From assembly GCA_963794945.1 (NCBI GenBank), contig CAWCFT010000012.1, positions 32,083-96,082 of the forward strand: DNA of 64,000 bases, in the 5' to 3' direction. Shown here piece by piece: positions 1 through 10,461 of this stretch (the first letter of the stretch is position 1; each line of letters begins with the position of its first letter). Origin of the DNA: Endomicrobiales bacterium. Its GTDB lineage: Bacteria > Elusimicrobiota > Endomicrobiia > Endomicrobiales > CAWCFT01. The translations under genes and the position numbers were made by a program. A model generated the notes under the pieces. The model had not been told where the DNA came from, did not search any database, and was given only the letters and a program-made list of their open reading frames with translations.

Positions 1-1238
1 ATAAAATAAACAACCAGGTGTCAAAACTGCCGCAGGAGCTTCCGGAGGATTTCGTCAACTCACAGGCCGTAAAGAACATAAACATGGCATCGTTCCAGGA
101 CACTCTTTCAAAAATGAAGGAGGCCGCGGCGAAGGGCGACTGGAAACAGGCCCAGGAGCTGATGGACGAGTTCCAGAAAAGCCTGGAGTCGCTCATGGAC
201 GGCCTTGAGAGCGCGGGCGGCAACATCGGATTTTCTAAAGACAAGGATGACGAGCTTGCCGGTAAGATAAACGATTACAGCGCCAGGCTTGACGGAATAA
301 TAGAATCGCAGAAGTCGTGGCTCGAGAAGGCCAACCAGGCGGACAGCGAGCGCAGGCACGCCGCTTTCCTGAGGCAGGAAAAAACCCTGCAGAGCCTCCT
401 TGATAAACAGAAGGCGCTTATCGAGCTGGCATCGGCCGTAAGAAAAGATTTTGTCGGCGATTACCATATGTTCGGGACTTATGTAATTGACCAGTCGATA
501 AACCTGATGGGCAAAGTGCTGGAAGAATTTAAGAACAAAAGAGCTTTTAACAGCCAGAAGTACCTTTCCGACATCATAACGAACTGGAACGAAACAGAAA
601 AAACGGCCGTGAACCCTTTGATTGAAATAACATCCGAAAAACGAGCAAAAACCGTTGATAACGTGCAAGTTGTCATAAAAGGTGAACAAGATATTCTCGA
701 GACTCTGAAAAAGGGAGATACGCCTCCCGCCGGCGATGAGCCCGGCGCTGGGAAATATGAGAACATTTCTAACGAAGAAACTGGGCTAGGCGCGAAGACT
801 TTCTCGCTGCACAAAGAGATGCAGGATTTCACAAGGAAAAGCACGGCGATAGAACCGGAAGCGTTCGAGAACCTTTCCGAGGCTGGAAGCGGCATGAATG
901 ATGTCGCGGCGAAGATAAGCTCTGAGAACACCGGCGGCGCGGTGGATGCCGGTCAGAAAGCGCTTGAACTACTCGAACAGGGCCGGAATGGGCTTAAGAG
1001 CGCTCAGGGCCGCCTTTCGGATATGAAGGGGAACTCCGGCAGTAAAGTCTCGGGTACGGTGCAGACGAAGTCCGGCGGATCTTACGGCTTTAAAACAGCA
1101 AGGGTAAAGCTTCCTGGCAAAGACGATTACAAGCCGCCCAAAGAGTTCAGGCAGGAAATAATGGAGGCATTAAAGGAAAAGTACCCGCAGAAATATGAAA
1201 AACTGATAAGAGAGTATTACCGCAGGCTGACGGAATAA
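1..1238 (+). CDS. DUF4175-like helical/coiled-coil protein, C-terminal part (5' truncated by window)
   Basis: Frame is open from the window start. Q/E/K-rich helices and a C-terminal 'VKLPGKDDYKPPKEFRQEIMEALKEKYPQKYEKLIREYYRRL' tail resemble DUF4175 proteins. Confidence 0.6.
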   Translation, partial: KINNQVSKLPQELPEDFVNSQAVKNINMASFQDTLSKMKEAAAKGDWKQAQELMDEFQKSLESLMDGLESAGGNIGFSKDKDDELAGKINDYSARLDGIIESQKSWLEKANQADSERRHAAFLRQEKTLQSLLDKQKALIELASAVRKDFVGDYHMFGTYVIDQSINLMGKVLEEFKNKRAFNSQKYLSDIITNWNETEKTAVNPLIEITSEKRAKTVDNVQVVIKGEQDILETLKKGDTPPAGDEPGAGKYENISNEETGLGAKTFSLHKEMQDFTRKSTAIEPEAFENLSEAGSGMNDVAAKISSENTGGAVDAGQKALELLEQGRNGLKSAQGRLSDMKGNSGSKVSGTVQTKSGGSYGFKTARVKLPGKDDYKPPKEFRQEIMEALKEKYPQKYEKLIREYYRRLTE

Positions 1239-1242
1239 ATAT

Positions 1243-2857
1243 ATGGCGATATCAAATATCAAAGATCAAATGTCAAAAATATTCGGACAAAACAGGCACG
1301 AACAATGTTTAATATTAGTGCTGTTGCTGTTTCTTTCCTGCCGTGGGTTTGCTTCATTTACTTCCGGAGGCATAAGAGGGTTCGACACCCTACTTGATAC
1401 AGGACGGTTCGGAGAAGCCGATGCTGTAATTGCTAAAACGCCGGCAGGGCCGGAACGGGAATTCCTGCAGGCGCAAGAATACTTTTTCCAGGGCAAGTAC
1501 TCTGATGCTGCATCTGAAATGGGGCTGGCAGCTGCCGTTGACAGCCCAAAACACGAAAGAAAGGCGATGGGGGACTATTATTCGCTGCTTGCCGAAAATA
1601 TCAAAGATCATGAAGCGTTTAGCAGTGAACATTTTGTTTTAAGACTTAGCGGAAGAGATAAAGCGTTGGCCCTTTACGCTCTGGACACACTTGAGAAAAT
1701 ATACGCATCGATCGGAAAACAGTTCGGCTATTACCCTCCCGAGAAAGTGCTTGTTGAAATCCACCCGCAGAAAACAGAGTTCTCACCGGCTTCAACACTG
1801 AGCATGGACGTCCTTGAAAAAAGCGGGACAGTGGGCATATGCAAGTTCAACCGGATAATGATGCTCTCTCCGGAAGCCCTGCCGCTCGGCTACTCTTGGG
1901 CCGACACGATGTGCCACGAATATGTTCACTTTACGGTCAACAGGCTAAGCAGAGGCGTGTGCCCGCTATGGCTGCAGGAGGGCCTTGCGAAATACTTTGA
2001 AACCTCCTGGCGCGTACAGCCTCCTGAATATCTTTCGCCCGCGGCCAAAAACAGCCTTGCCTCCGCTAAAAAGAATAATACTTACATTACTTTTAAAAAA
2101 ATGCACCCGTCGCTGGTGTTCCTTAAAAGCCAGGACGAAATTCTTCTGGCGTTTGCCGAGGTTTCCTGCGCGGTGGATTTCATGCGCTCGAAATACGGCC
2201 AGGAGTCTATTCCAAAGCTTGCCGTTAATATGGCCGTAAGCGGCGAAGAAGGGGCTTTTAAAAAGACACTCGGAATAAACGAGGAGAAGTTTGAAAAAGA
2301 GTTCATTGAAAATCTTAAGGCGAGAAAGGTAGATGAATCGCCCGGCGCGGCTACCGAAAAAATTAGTTTTGATAAACAACCCGAAGAAGAGTTTATAGGC
2401 GCCGACCTGCGCGGCCAGGTGCGGCTTGGCGACCTAATGAGAAAAGCCGGTAAACCTGAAGCGGCTGCGGCGCAGTACGAAAAAGCCCTGGCCATTGAAC
2501 CGGCGAACCCGGTGATACTTCTAAAAACCGCGAAAGCGCTGATAGATGCGGGCGATTCCGCGGGTGCGATAGACAAACTCAAAGCCGCTGGCTATAAAGA
2601 ACCCGGGTTACGTTACTATATTTGAAACATTGGGAGAGCTTTATTTCAGGATGGGCGACTACGACAGGGCGGTCGAAACACTCTCCAAGGCGAACCTTAT
2701 AAACCCGTACGACCCGGCGCTGCACTACTGTCTCTCGAGAGCCTACATTCAAATAAAGGACAAAGAGAGGGCCGTCGCCGAGATGAAGGCCCTGTTGATA
2801 CTTGAGCCTGGCGACGCTGAAACAAGGTTACTGCTTGAAAGAACGAACCGTGAATAG
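1243..2857 (+). CDS. Peptidase MA-family zinc metalloprotease with TPR repeats (split by a +1 frameshift near 2590)
   Basis: HEYVH motif followed by PLWLQEGLA. TPR-like helices continue in ORF 2630-2857. N-terminal hydrophobic signal-like stretch. Confidence 0.75.
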
Positions 2858-2874
2858 TTTTTGTTTCTCACCGG

Positions 2875-2903
2875 TTGATTTGCTAATTAAATTCTGCTAT
2901 ATT
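2875..2903 (+). promoter_or_regulatory. Sigma70-type promoter
   Basis: TTGATT-17nt-TATATT with an extended -10 TG, intergenic. Confidence 0.55.
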
Positions 2904-2947
2904 ACATTCAATAAGCAGTATTAAAAGAGCCAGAATGAAGTGTAAGT

Positions 2948-3061
2948 CAGATCAAATATCAAGAATCAAAGATCAAATTACAAGTAAAACTCAAAAATAT
3001 CTTCAAAAAATATATTATTTAAGCTGTTAACCTTAATTTTGATATTTGATGTTTGATTTTT
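2948..3061. repeat. Inverted array of degenerate 7-mer tandem repeats
   Basis: Left arm AAATATC AAGAATC AAAGATC AAATTAC; right arm TAATTTT GATATTT GATGTTT GATTTTT. Confidence 0.75.
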
Positions 3062-3075
3062 AATAAGGAATTAAT

Positions 3076-3741
3076 ATGTCATTCGCGAAGCTTGAAGAGA
3101 TAACATGCCCGTGCGGTGAAGCGTTCGAGGCGGAACTGTGGAACGCGATAAACGCGGGCGAGGACCCCGAACTTAAGGAAGCGTTACTTTGCGGGGAAAT
3201 TAACGTGGTTTGCTGCCCGGCTTGCGGCCAGATTTTTTACGCTGAACATTTCATCCTTTATCACGACCCGGCTAACGAGATAATCGCGTTCATCTACCCG
3301 CTGAGTTTTGCCTCCCAGGCCGATCACTGGGCCGCGAAAATGAAAGAAGATTTTCAAAGGGCAACGGCGGACCTGGCAAGCGACGGGAAGACGATAGATT
3401 ACGAACCTATGCTGTTTTTCGGGTTGGACACCCTCACCGAGATAGTTCGCGGCGAAGAGCAGGACACTGACGAGATAGCGATACTTGAATACTGCGCCAA
3501 AGACCTGGGCCTTGAACTGATAAAGCTCAAGCCTTCTCTCGCGCGGCAGGCGCAGGTGCCCAAGGTTCTGCCGAGGCTCCCGGGTAAAGGCGGAGACCTT
3601 CGCAAAGAGATCCTTGGTGGCCTTGACCGCCTGCTCAAACACAATGAAAACCTTTCATGCTACGACCGGATACGCCACCTCATAAAACACAACGACAAAT
3701 GGCAGCTCGACAAAAAACTCATCAAAAAGATCGTTAAATAA
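3076..3741 (+). CDS. CpXC domain-containing protein
   Basis: N-terminal CPCG...DPELKEALL.G....CPACG.....F..YHDP pattern; AAGGA RBS upstream. Confidence 0.75.
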   Translation: MSFAKLEEITCPCGEAFEAELWNAINAGEDPELKEALLCGEINVVCCPACGQIFYAEHFILYHDPANEIIAFIYPLSFASQADHWAAKMKEDFQRATADLASDGKTIDYEPMLFFGLDTLTEIVRGEEQDTDEIAILEYCAKDLGLELIKLKPSLARQAQVPKVLPRLPGKGGDLRKEILGGLDRLLKHNENLSCYDRIRHLIKHNDKWQLDKKLIKKIVK

Positions 3742-3744
3742 CAG

Positions 3745-5520
3745 ATGAAAAATATCGGAACCGCGATCCTGGCCGTTTTGATCCCGATTTCAGTAGTTTT
3801 TGTTTTCAAGCCAGTACTTACCGCAGGGTTCACAAACTACGACGACGATGTCCTTGTCACGGGCAATCCGCTTATAAAAACTATCACTTCAAAGAACCTT
3901 GAACGAATTTTCTTTTCTTCCTACTGCGGGCTATACCATCCTCTCGTGCTTTTGTCTTATTCCTGCGAATACAAAATAGCGGGCCTCAACCCGCGGACTT
4001 ATCACTCAACGAGCCTTGCCCTTCACACCATCAACTGCCTACTGGTTTTCTGGATGATACTGCTTATTGGCGGGAACGCCCCGGTTGCCCTTCTTACAAC
4101 GCTTTTTTTCGGACTGCATCCGCTGCACGTGGAATCAGTAGCGTGGATAGCCGAGCGAAAAGACGTGCTCTATGCGCTTTTCTATTTATCGTCGATCATA
4201 GCCTATATATATTTCAAGATGAATAACGAAAAGCGGTTTTACGCGGTCTCGCTGGCATTATTCCTGTTCTCACTGATGTCAAAACCAATGGCCGTTACTC
4301 TGCCTGTCGCACTTTTCCTTTTCGATTACCTGGGATCAAGAAAGATAGATATAAAATCTGCTGTTGAAAAAGTTCCATACTTTATTTTGTCGATTATTTT
4401 TAGCGTTATAACAGTAAGGTCCCATTATTCATCGCAGGACGCCCCTGTGCGCCCGGTTATAAACCTCGCGGCGGGATTGTCGGGAGCGGTTAACGGCATT
4501 ATATTTTATATCGCAAAGATATTCTGGCCGGTTAACCTCTCGTGTTTCTATCCCTACATTGGGCGCGAGTGGAGGAGTTATTTTCATTTTACTGCTTTAC
4601 CTTTTATATTTATTTTCATTCTTGCTGCCGCAGCTTTGTATTCAATGAGGAGGACGAGGATAGCCGCGTTCGGCGCGGCATTTTTTGTCGCAGCGCTTCT
4701 GCCCGTGCTTCAGCTCATCCCGTTCGGGCAGGAAGTTCCGGCCGACAGGTTCACCTACATTGCTTCGATAGGGATATTCTTCGCCGTTTCGGAAGGCTTT
4801 GCCTTTTTCTGGAAAAAACCTCAACGACTCCCAAGGTTTATGAGTGTATCCATTGCGGCATTGATCGTGATAGTTTTATCTTTTGTTTCAAACGCGAGGT
4901 GCAAAGTCTGGCAGGACAGTTTTACTCTCTGGAACGACGCTATAAAAAAATATCCCGCTCTCCCACAGGCCTATAAAAACCGAGCCGACGCGTATAAGGA
5001 AGCCGGGTTAGCTGATAAAGCGCTGCAGGACTACGGCCAGGCACTTATTCTTAAGTCCGGTTATCCGCAGGCTCTCAATAACCGTGGGAATTTGTTCGCG
5101 AGCCTCGGCCAATACCGGCAAGCTGTTGAAGATTATTCTTCCGCGATAAGGGAAAATCCCGGGTACGTTTCAGCCATATATAACCGGGCCATAGCTTTCT
5201 CCGCGCTGAACGATCTCGAAGCCTCGGCCGCCGATTATGGCCTGGCGATATATAAAAACCCCGAGTACTACGAGGCATTCAATAACAGAGGCATAATACG
5301 GGCTAAGCAGGGGATGTACGGAAAAGCCATAGAGGATTTTTCAAAAGCGATTTCGATAAACCAGGACTTTAACGAGGCTTACGCAAATAGGAGTTTCGCT
5401 TACTACTATACCGGCGACATGAATAGTTGTGTGAAAGATGTCGGTGTGCTGTTACAAAGGAAGTACCCGGTTAACCAGGCATTTTACAAAGCACTCATAG
5501 ACAAGAAACTGATAAAATGA
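3745..5520 (+). CDS. TMTC-like GT-C membrane glycosyltransferase with C-terminal TPRs
   Basis: Motifs NYDD, YHPL, HPLHVESVAWIAERKD, SKPMAVTLP and ADRFTY; many TM helices; five or more TPRs. Confidence 0.8.
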   Translation: MKNIGTAILAVLIPISVVFVFKPVLTAGFTNYDDDVLVTGNPLIKTITSKNLERIFFSSYCGLYHPLVLLSYSCEYKIAGLNPRTYHSTSLALHTINCLLVFWMILLIGGNAPVALLTTLFFGLHPLHVESVAWIAERKDVLYALFYLSSIIAYIYFKMNNEKRFYAVSLALFLFSLMSKPMAVTLPVALFLFDYLGSRKIDIKSAVEKVPYFILSIIFSVITVRSHYSSQDAPVRPVINLAAGLSGAVNGIIFYIAKIFWPVNLSCFYPYIGREWRSYFHFTALPFIFIFILAAAALYSMRRTRIAAFGAAFFVAALLPVLQLIPFGQEVPADRFTYIASIGIFFAVSEGFAFFWKKPQRLPRFMSVSIAALIVIVLSFVSNARCKVWQDSFTLWNDAIKKYPALPQAYKNRADAYKEAGLADKALQDYGQALILKSGYPQALNNRGNLFASLGQYRQAVEDYSSAIRENPGYVSAIYNRAIAFSALNDLEASAADYGLAIYKNPEYYEAFNNRGIIRAKQGMYGKAIEDFSKAISINQDFNEAYANRSFAYYYTGDMNSCVKDVGVLLQRKYPVNQAFYKALIDKKLIK

Positions 5521-5601
5521 TAAATTAAGACCGTTGGGAAAATCCAACTATCTTATAATAGCCTCCAGGTAATCCGGCGCCTTGGGTCAAAGGACAACAA
5601 A

Positions 5602-5946
5602 ATGCACGGGCATTCGATCAAATTCATCATAGGCATGGTATTCCTGCTTACCAACCAGATAGTCGGCTACATTGGGATCATAGGCGGCTCCTGGCTGGGA
5701 AAAAAGACGGGTAAAAAGGTTTACTACGGGCTAGGCACGATAACCTACGCGTTGTCATGGGGAATGGCAGCGGCGGGTGTATATCTTGCCGGGCCGGAGG
5801 GTTTGGCTCTCTTTAAGAATTTGTTCAAGAGATACATGTGGCAAACAATTTGCGCAGCGGCGGTTATAATTTCAGGAGCGCTGATTTATTACTTGATGGA
5901 GAAAAGGAAAAAAGATGCCAGGGTTGAAAAAAATAAAGATCAATAA
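5602..5946 (+). CDS. Small hypothetical membrane protein (3 TM)
   Basis: AAGGA RBS, three hydrophobic segments, basic tail. Confidence 0.6.
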   Translation: MHGHSIKFIIGMVFLLTNQIVGYIGIIGGSWLGKKTGKKVYYGLGTITYALSWGMAAAGVYLAGPEGLALFKNLFKRYMWQTICAAAVIISGALIYYLMEKRKKDARVEKNKDQ

Positions 5947-6949
5947 AACGCTTTCGCGCATAGGCTGTATAGCTGAAGCCAAAGGGCTGAACTCCTATCT
6001 TGTTGGAGGAGCGGTCAGAGACCTGCTCACGGGAAAAAAAGACCTCGACTGGGACATTGTTGTTGAGGGTAATCCTTTGCCTCTTGTGAAGGCTGCCGCG
6101 AAGCTTGTCAAAGGCAGCTATGTTTCGTACCCGCAATTCGGTACTTTTTCGGTAGAGGCTTCAAGCGGGGCTAATATAGATTTCGCAACTGCCCGCAAAG
6201 AGACGTACGCCAAGCCAGGTGCGCTGCCTAAAGTTGTTTTTTCGAGCCTTGAAGACGATATTTCCCGCAGAGATTTTACACTAAACGCGCTTGCTGTGAG
6301 CCTTAAACCGGGCAGCGCTGGCGAGATCATCGATATGTACGGAGGCAAGAAGGATCTGGAGAACAGGGTTTTGAGGGTTCTACATAATCGCAGTTTTAAA
6401 GACGACCCAACCAGGATTTTCCGGCTGGCCCGTTTTGCGGGCAGGGGTTATAAAATAGACAAACCAACTGAAATGCTGGCAGTGTCTGGAGCCTCTTACG
6501 TATCATATGTTTCACCCTCAAGGCTGTTCAGAGAGTTAATCCTGATTATTGGCGAGAAAAATCCGTTCGCTGCTCTAAATATTCTAAATGAATGGAAAAT
6601 AACCGGCAAACTTTTGCCGGGTGTGGTTGTATCCACCAGGCTTAAACAGCTTTCAAGTTTGAGAACGATCGATGAAAGAATGGCTTTTCTTTTGTCCGGG
6701 TCTGAGGTGGAAGCGCGCATGAAAATATACGCGAGCCTGAGATTCCCGAATAAGCTTAAGAACTCCATTGAAAAGCTTCTTGAGCCGGTAAAAGCAAAAC
6801 CAGCGCTTAGCGGCAAAGACCTTATAAAAATGGGTTACAAACAGGGCCCTCGGATAGGGGAAATATTGAAAAGCCTTACGAGGTCGGGCATCGTTTCCCG
6901 CGCCAAAGCGAAGAAGCATGTGTTTGACAATTTCCCTCAAAAAATATAG
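5915..6949 (+). CDS. cca: Class II tRNA nucleotidyltransferase (CCA- or A-adding)
   Basis: Motifs YLVGGAVRD, DLDWD, FATARKETY, RRDFTLNA and SFKDDPTRIFR. Confidence 0.85.
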   Translation: MPGLKKIKINKTLSRIGCIAEAKGLNSYLVGGAVRDLLTGKKDLDWDIVVEGNPLPLVKAAAKLVKGSYVSYPQFGTFSVEASSGANIDFATARKETYAKPGALPKVVFSSLEDDISRRDFTLNALAVSLKPGSAGEIIDMYGGKKDLENRVLRVLHNRSFKDDPTRIFRLARFAGRGYKIDKPTEMLAVSGASYVSYVSPSRLFRELILIIGEKNPFAALNILNEWKITGKLLPGVVVSTRLKQLSSLRTIDERMAFLLSGSEVEARMKIYASLRFPNKLKNSIEKLLEPVKAKPALSGKDLIKMGYKQGPRIGEILKSLTRSGIVSRAKAKKHVFDNFPQKI

Positions 6950-6952
6950 AAT
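6924..6952 (+). promoter_or_regulatory. Sigma70-type promoter for the S2P-trpS-scpAB run
   Basis: TTGACA-17nt-TAGAAT. Confidence 0.7.
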
Positions 6953-6967
6953 TATCAAAACAAATTG

Positions 6968-7040
6968 GAAGATTTAGAAGATCGCAAGATTTAACACTGA
7001 AGGTATAATAACCTTCGAATCTTCAAAATCTTCTTAATTT
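6968..7040. repeat. Inverted array of degenerate ~9-mer repeats
   Basis: GAAGATTTA GAAGATCGC AAGATTT ... AACCTTCG AATCTTCAA AATCTTCTT. Confidence 0.55.
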
Positions 7041-7050
7041 TTAATCTAAT

Positions 7051-7686
7051 ATGAACTTATTAATACAACTGCCAGTACTTCTTTTTTCCGTGATATTTCA
7101 CGAGTATGCGCACGGCTGGATGGCCGAAAAGCGCGGTGACGACACGGCGCGTATCATGGGCAGGCTGACACTTAACCCTATCCCGCATATAGACCTTTTC
7201 GGTACTATAATACTTCCGGCCATATGCCTCATGAGCCACCTGCCGATGTTCGGCTGGGCGAAGCCCGTGCCGGTAAACCCTTACAGGCTTAACGACCCCA
7301 AACGTGACATGGTGTGGGTGTCGCTTACCGCGCCGCTAGCGAATTTCTCGCTTGCCGTCGCCGCGGCTTTTATCATGTGGGCGCTGAGAGCTTTTCCGCT
7401 GCTGCCCGCAGGCCTGGCCGGCGCGGCTTATCAGATCATGCAGCTTACACTAGTCATTAACGTCATACTGCCTGTCTTTAACCTTTTCCCGGTACCTCCG
7501 CTTGACGGCAGCAAGGTAGTGATGGGCATTCTTCCGCACGAGCTTTCTTACCGCTACGCTGCCCTCGAACCATATGGTTTCATCATCATAGTGATACTGA
7601 TGACTACGAATATTTTCTGGACCATTCTTGGCCCGGTGGCGGATCTTATAATACGCGCCCTTGGCGGCGGAATAGGCTATTACTAG
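7051..7686 (+). CDS. Site-2 protease (peptidase M50)
   Basis: HEYAH and FNLFPVPPLDG motifs; multiple TMs. Confidence 0.9.
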   Translation: MNLLIQLPVLLFSVIFHEYAHGWMAEKRGDDTARIMGRLTLNPIPHIDLFGTIILPAICLMSHLPMFGWAKPVPVNPYRLNDPKRDMVWVSLTAPLANFSLAVAAAFIMWALRAFPLLPAGLAGAAYQIMQLTLVINVILPVFNLFPVPPLDGSKVVMGILPHELSYRYAALEPYGFIIIVILMTTNIFWTILGPVADLIIRALGGGIGYY

Positions 7687-7693
7687 GAATTTA

Positions 7694-8677
7694 ATGAATA
7701 AGAAAAGAATACTTTCAGGCATGCGTCCGTCCGGAAAGCTCCATTTAGGACACCTTTACGGGGCGCTCAACAACTGGGTGCGGCTGCAGGACGAATACAA
7801 GTGTTTTTATATGGTTGCGGACTGGCACGCGCTTACAACAAACTTTTCTGACACCTCAAAGATAAAAGAGAACACGAACGAAATGGTTATTGATTGGCTG
7901 ACGGTGGGCATAGATCCCGCGAAGAGCGTTATATTCCGCCAATCAGATGTTATTGAGCACGCAGAGCTTTTTCTCCTGCTTTCGATGATCACTCCTCTGG
8001 GCTGGTTGTTCAGGTGCCCGACTTATAAGGAACAGCTAAAAGAGATCAAGGATAAGGATTTGCACAATTTTGGTTTTCTCGGCTACCCTGTGCTTCAGGC
8101 GGCTGATATACTTATCTACAAGGCGAACGCTGTCCCGGTGGGGGAAGACCAGCTGCCGCACCTCGAGCTTACGCGAGAGATATGCAGGCGCTTCAACAAT
8201 TTTTACGGAGATATATTCCCTGAGCCGCAGGCCATACTTACAAAATCCGCTCGTGTACCTGGAATAGATGCGAGGAAGATGTCGAAATCCTACGGCAACG
8301 CGGTAACACTCGGAGAAGAGACGGACGCGATAAAGAAAAAGGTCCAGCAGATGTTCACGGACCCGGTCAAGATACGCGCCAACGACCCGGGGCATCCTGA
8401 CGGCTGCGTGGTTTTCGCGTTCCACCAGATATTCAATCCGGACTCAAAGATGGTAGAGGCCGAGTGTAAGCAGGGGGCGAGGGGCTGTGTTGTTTGTAAG
8501 AAAGCTCTTATGGAAATGCTGGATGCTGCGATCGCGCCGCTCAGAGAAAAAAGGAAAGCGTTGAGCAGCGACAAGCACCTTGTAGAAAAAATACTAGAAG
8601 AAGGCGGCAAGCAGGCAAAAGAGGCCGCACTCGACACTATGAAAGAAGTAAGAAAAGCTGTCAAATTAAAAGATTAA
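7694..8677 (+). CDS. trpS: Tryptophanyl-tRNA synthetase
   Basis: Motifs SGMRPSG.LHLGH, YPVLQAADIL, VPVGEDQ and KMSKS. Confidence 0.97.
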   Translation: MNKKRILSGMRPSGKLHLGHLYGALNNWVRLQDEYKCFYMVADWHALTTNFSDTSKIKENTNEMVIDWLTVGIDPAKSVIFRQSDVIEHAELFLLLSMITPLGWLFRCPTYKEQLKEIKDKDLHNFGFLGYPVLQAADILIYKANAVPVGEDQLPHLELTREICRRFNNFYGDIFPEPQAILTKSARVPGIDARKMSKSYGNAVTLGEETDAIKKKVQQMFTDPVKIRANDPGHPDGCVVFAFHQIFNPDSKMVEAECKQGARGCVVCKKALMEMLDAAIAPLREKRKALSSDKHLVEKILEEGGKQAKEAALDTMKEVRKAVKLKD

Positions 8678-8774
8678 ATATTAAAAATCAAAGTTAAATT
8701 GTCCTCCTTTGGGGAACTTATTTAATTGTTCACCGGGTGTGAATTTTTGATATTTGATTTTTGATATTTGAAAT
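8669..8774. repeat. Second inverted 7-mer repeat array, same family as 2948-3061
   Basis: AAAGATT AAATATT AAAAATC ... GATATTT GATTTTT GATATTT GAAAT. Confidence 0.7.
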
Positions 8775-8784
8775 AGGAATATTT

Positions 8785-9722
8785 ATGCCATACGATGTTC
8801 ACATCGAAGTATTCGAAGGGCCGCTCGACCTCCTTCTGTATCTGACAAAAAAGAACGATCTGGAGATAGCTGATATACCTATAGCCAGCATTACGCAGGA
8901 ATACATCTCGTACATGGAAGCGATGAAAGAGCTTAACCTCGAAGTCGCGGGAGATTTCATTGTTATGGCGGCGACGCTGATGCAGATAAAATCAAGGATG
9001 CTGCTGCCGGGCGCCGAGGGCGAGGCTGAAGAAGAAAGCCCACTCAACGAGCTTAAAGCTAGGCTCCTTGAATACCAGAGGTTTAAAGAAGTGGCGCAAC
9101 TGCTCGGCAACAGGGAAAGTGAGTTCTCTCAGATATACTACAGGCCGGCGCCGGTCATTGACAAATCGGATTTTACCTTAGAAGTTTCACTATTTGACCT
9201 TATAAACAGTTTTAAAGAGGTTCTCACCGAGCTGCCAACCAACGTCAGGGAGATAGTTTACGAAGAGATCCCGATCGAAAAAAAGATCAGGGATATACTG
9301 GATTTTGTAGAAGGAAAAGAGTTCATAACTTTCAAAGAGCTGCTCGAGCGGGCGGTAAGCCGGATAGACCTTGTGGTCAGTTTCCTTGCGATCCTCGAGC
9401 TCATCAGGCTCGAAACAGGTGATAGCGCGGCAGAAAGAGATATTCGGCGAGGTAAGGATATACAGGATCAGCCGCGGTAGTTGAACCTTCGGTTGAAGAA
9501 ACGGAACAATTCCCGTTACCTGCTGTGAAACCGGCGGAAGAAGGGCAGGAAGAACTTGATTTCCAAAAGGAATCCGCGGAATATCAGGCAGATCAGGCCG
9601 GGCGGCAAAATGCAGAGCCGGAAGCTGAGCCTATCACCATAAAACAACTGGAGCCGGTACAGGAACAAAACATACAACCCGAGCCGGAGAAAAAGCCGGA
9701 ATCTGACAAGAACGGCAGCTGA
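8785..9722 (+). CDS. scpA: Segregation and condensation protein A with acidic C-terminal tail (two apparent +1 indels near 9410 and 9470)
   Basis: FEGPLDLLL and FLAILELIR motifs. The +1 frame continues KQVIARQKEIFGEVRI. Confidence 0.88.
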
Positions 9723-9801
9723 TTCGTGATTCATTTTTAAGAAATCCGTGAGGTCGTGGGAAGTTTATTTTTCAATTAACTAGTTGTACAAGGCGGATAA
9801 A

Positions 9802-10458
9802 ATGGAAAATAACGAACTAAAAAAGATCATCGAAGCGTTGATATTCAGCGCGGACCAGCCGATGCCTGAGTACATGGTATCAAACATCCTTGGCAGCGAG
9901 GCGGGAGACGCGGATATCGAAGCGCTTATAAAAGAGATCGCATCGGACTACGAAGGCAGGCAGGGGCCGGTAGAACTGCGTTTTGTCGCCGGCGGCTGGC
10001 AGTTCGCAACAAGAAAAGAGTTCGGCACATGGGTTCGCAAATTATATAAGGATAAAACTACACTTAAGTTGTCGAACTCGGCGCTGGAGACCCTCGCGGT
10101 CGTGGCATACAAGCAGCCCATAACGCGTTCTGAAGCGGAAGAAGTTAGAGGGGTGGAAGTTTCGGGGGTTCTTGAAACGCTGCTGGAAAGAAAGCTCGTC
10201 CGCATCGTTGGAAGAAAAGAGACCGTAGGACGGCCTCTCCTTTATGGTACAACACAGGAATTCCTGAAACACTTCGGCTTAACTCACTTGAGCGAACTGC
10301 CTTCAATAGAAGAACTCACACCTCCGGAAAACGCCGCGCCTGAAACGCAGGGAGTTGAGAACGTGCAGGAACTTCCTTTTGAAAACAGCTCAACTTCCGA
10401 TCCGGCCGCAGGGGCTGAAGCTGAAGGTCAACCCGAGCCAGAGCCCGAAAAGAACTAA
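9802..10458 (+). CDS. scpB: SMC-Scp complex subunit ScpB
   Basis: LSNSALETLAVVAYKQPITR and GRPLLYGTTQEFLKHFGL motifs; follows scpA. Confidence 0.95.
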   Translation: MENNELKKIIEALIFSADQPMPEYMVSNILGSEAGDADIEALIKEIASDYEGRQGPVELRFVAGGWQFATRKEFGTWVRKLYKDKTTLKLSNSALETLAVVAYKQPITRSEAEEVRGVEVSGVLETLLERKLVRIVGRKETVGRPLLYGTTQEFLKHFGLTHLSELPSIEELTPPENAAPETQGVENVQELPFENSSTSDPAAGAEAEGQPEPEPEKN

Positions 10459-10461
10459 ACC

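Noticed and set aside
5521..5601. Possible RNA gene or riboswitch in short intergenic gaps (also 9723-9801, 19903-19996, 23656-23740)
   Set aside because: No tRNA cloverleaf or recognisable aptamer consensus by eye. An Infernal/Rfam scan would be needed to exclude one.
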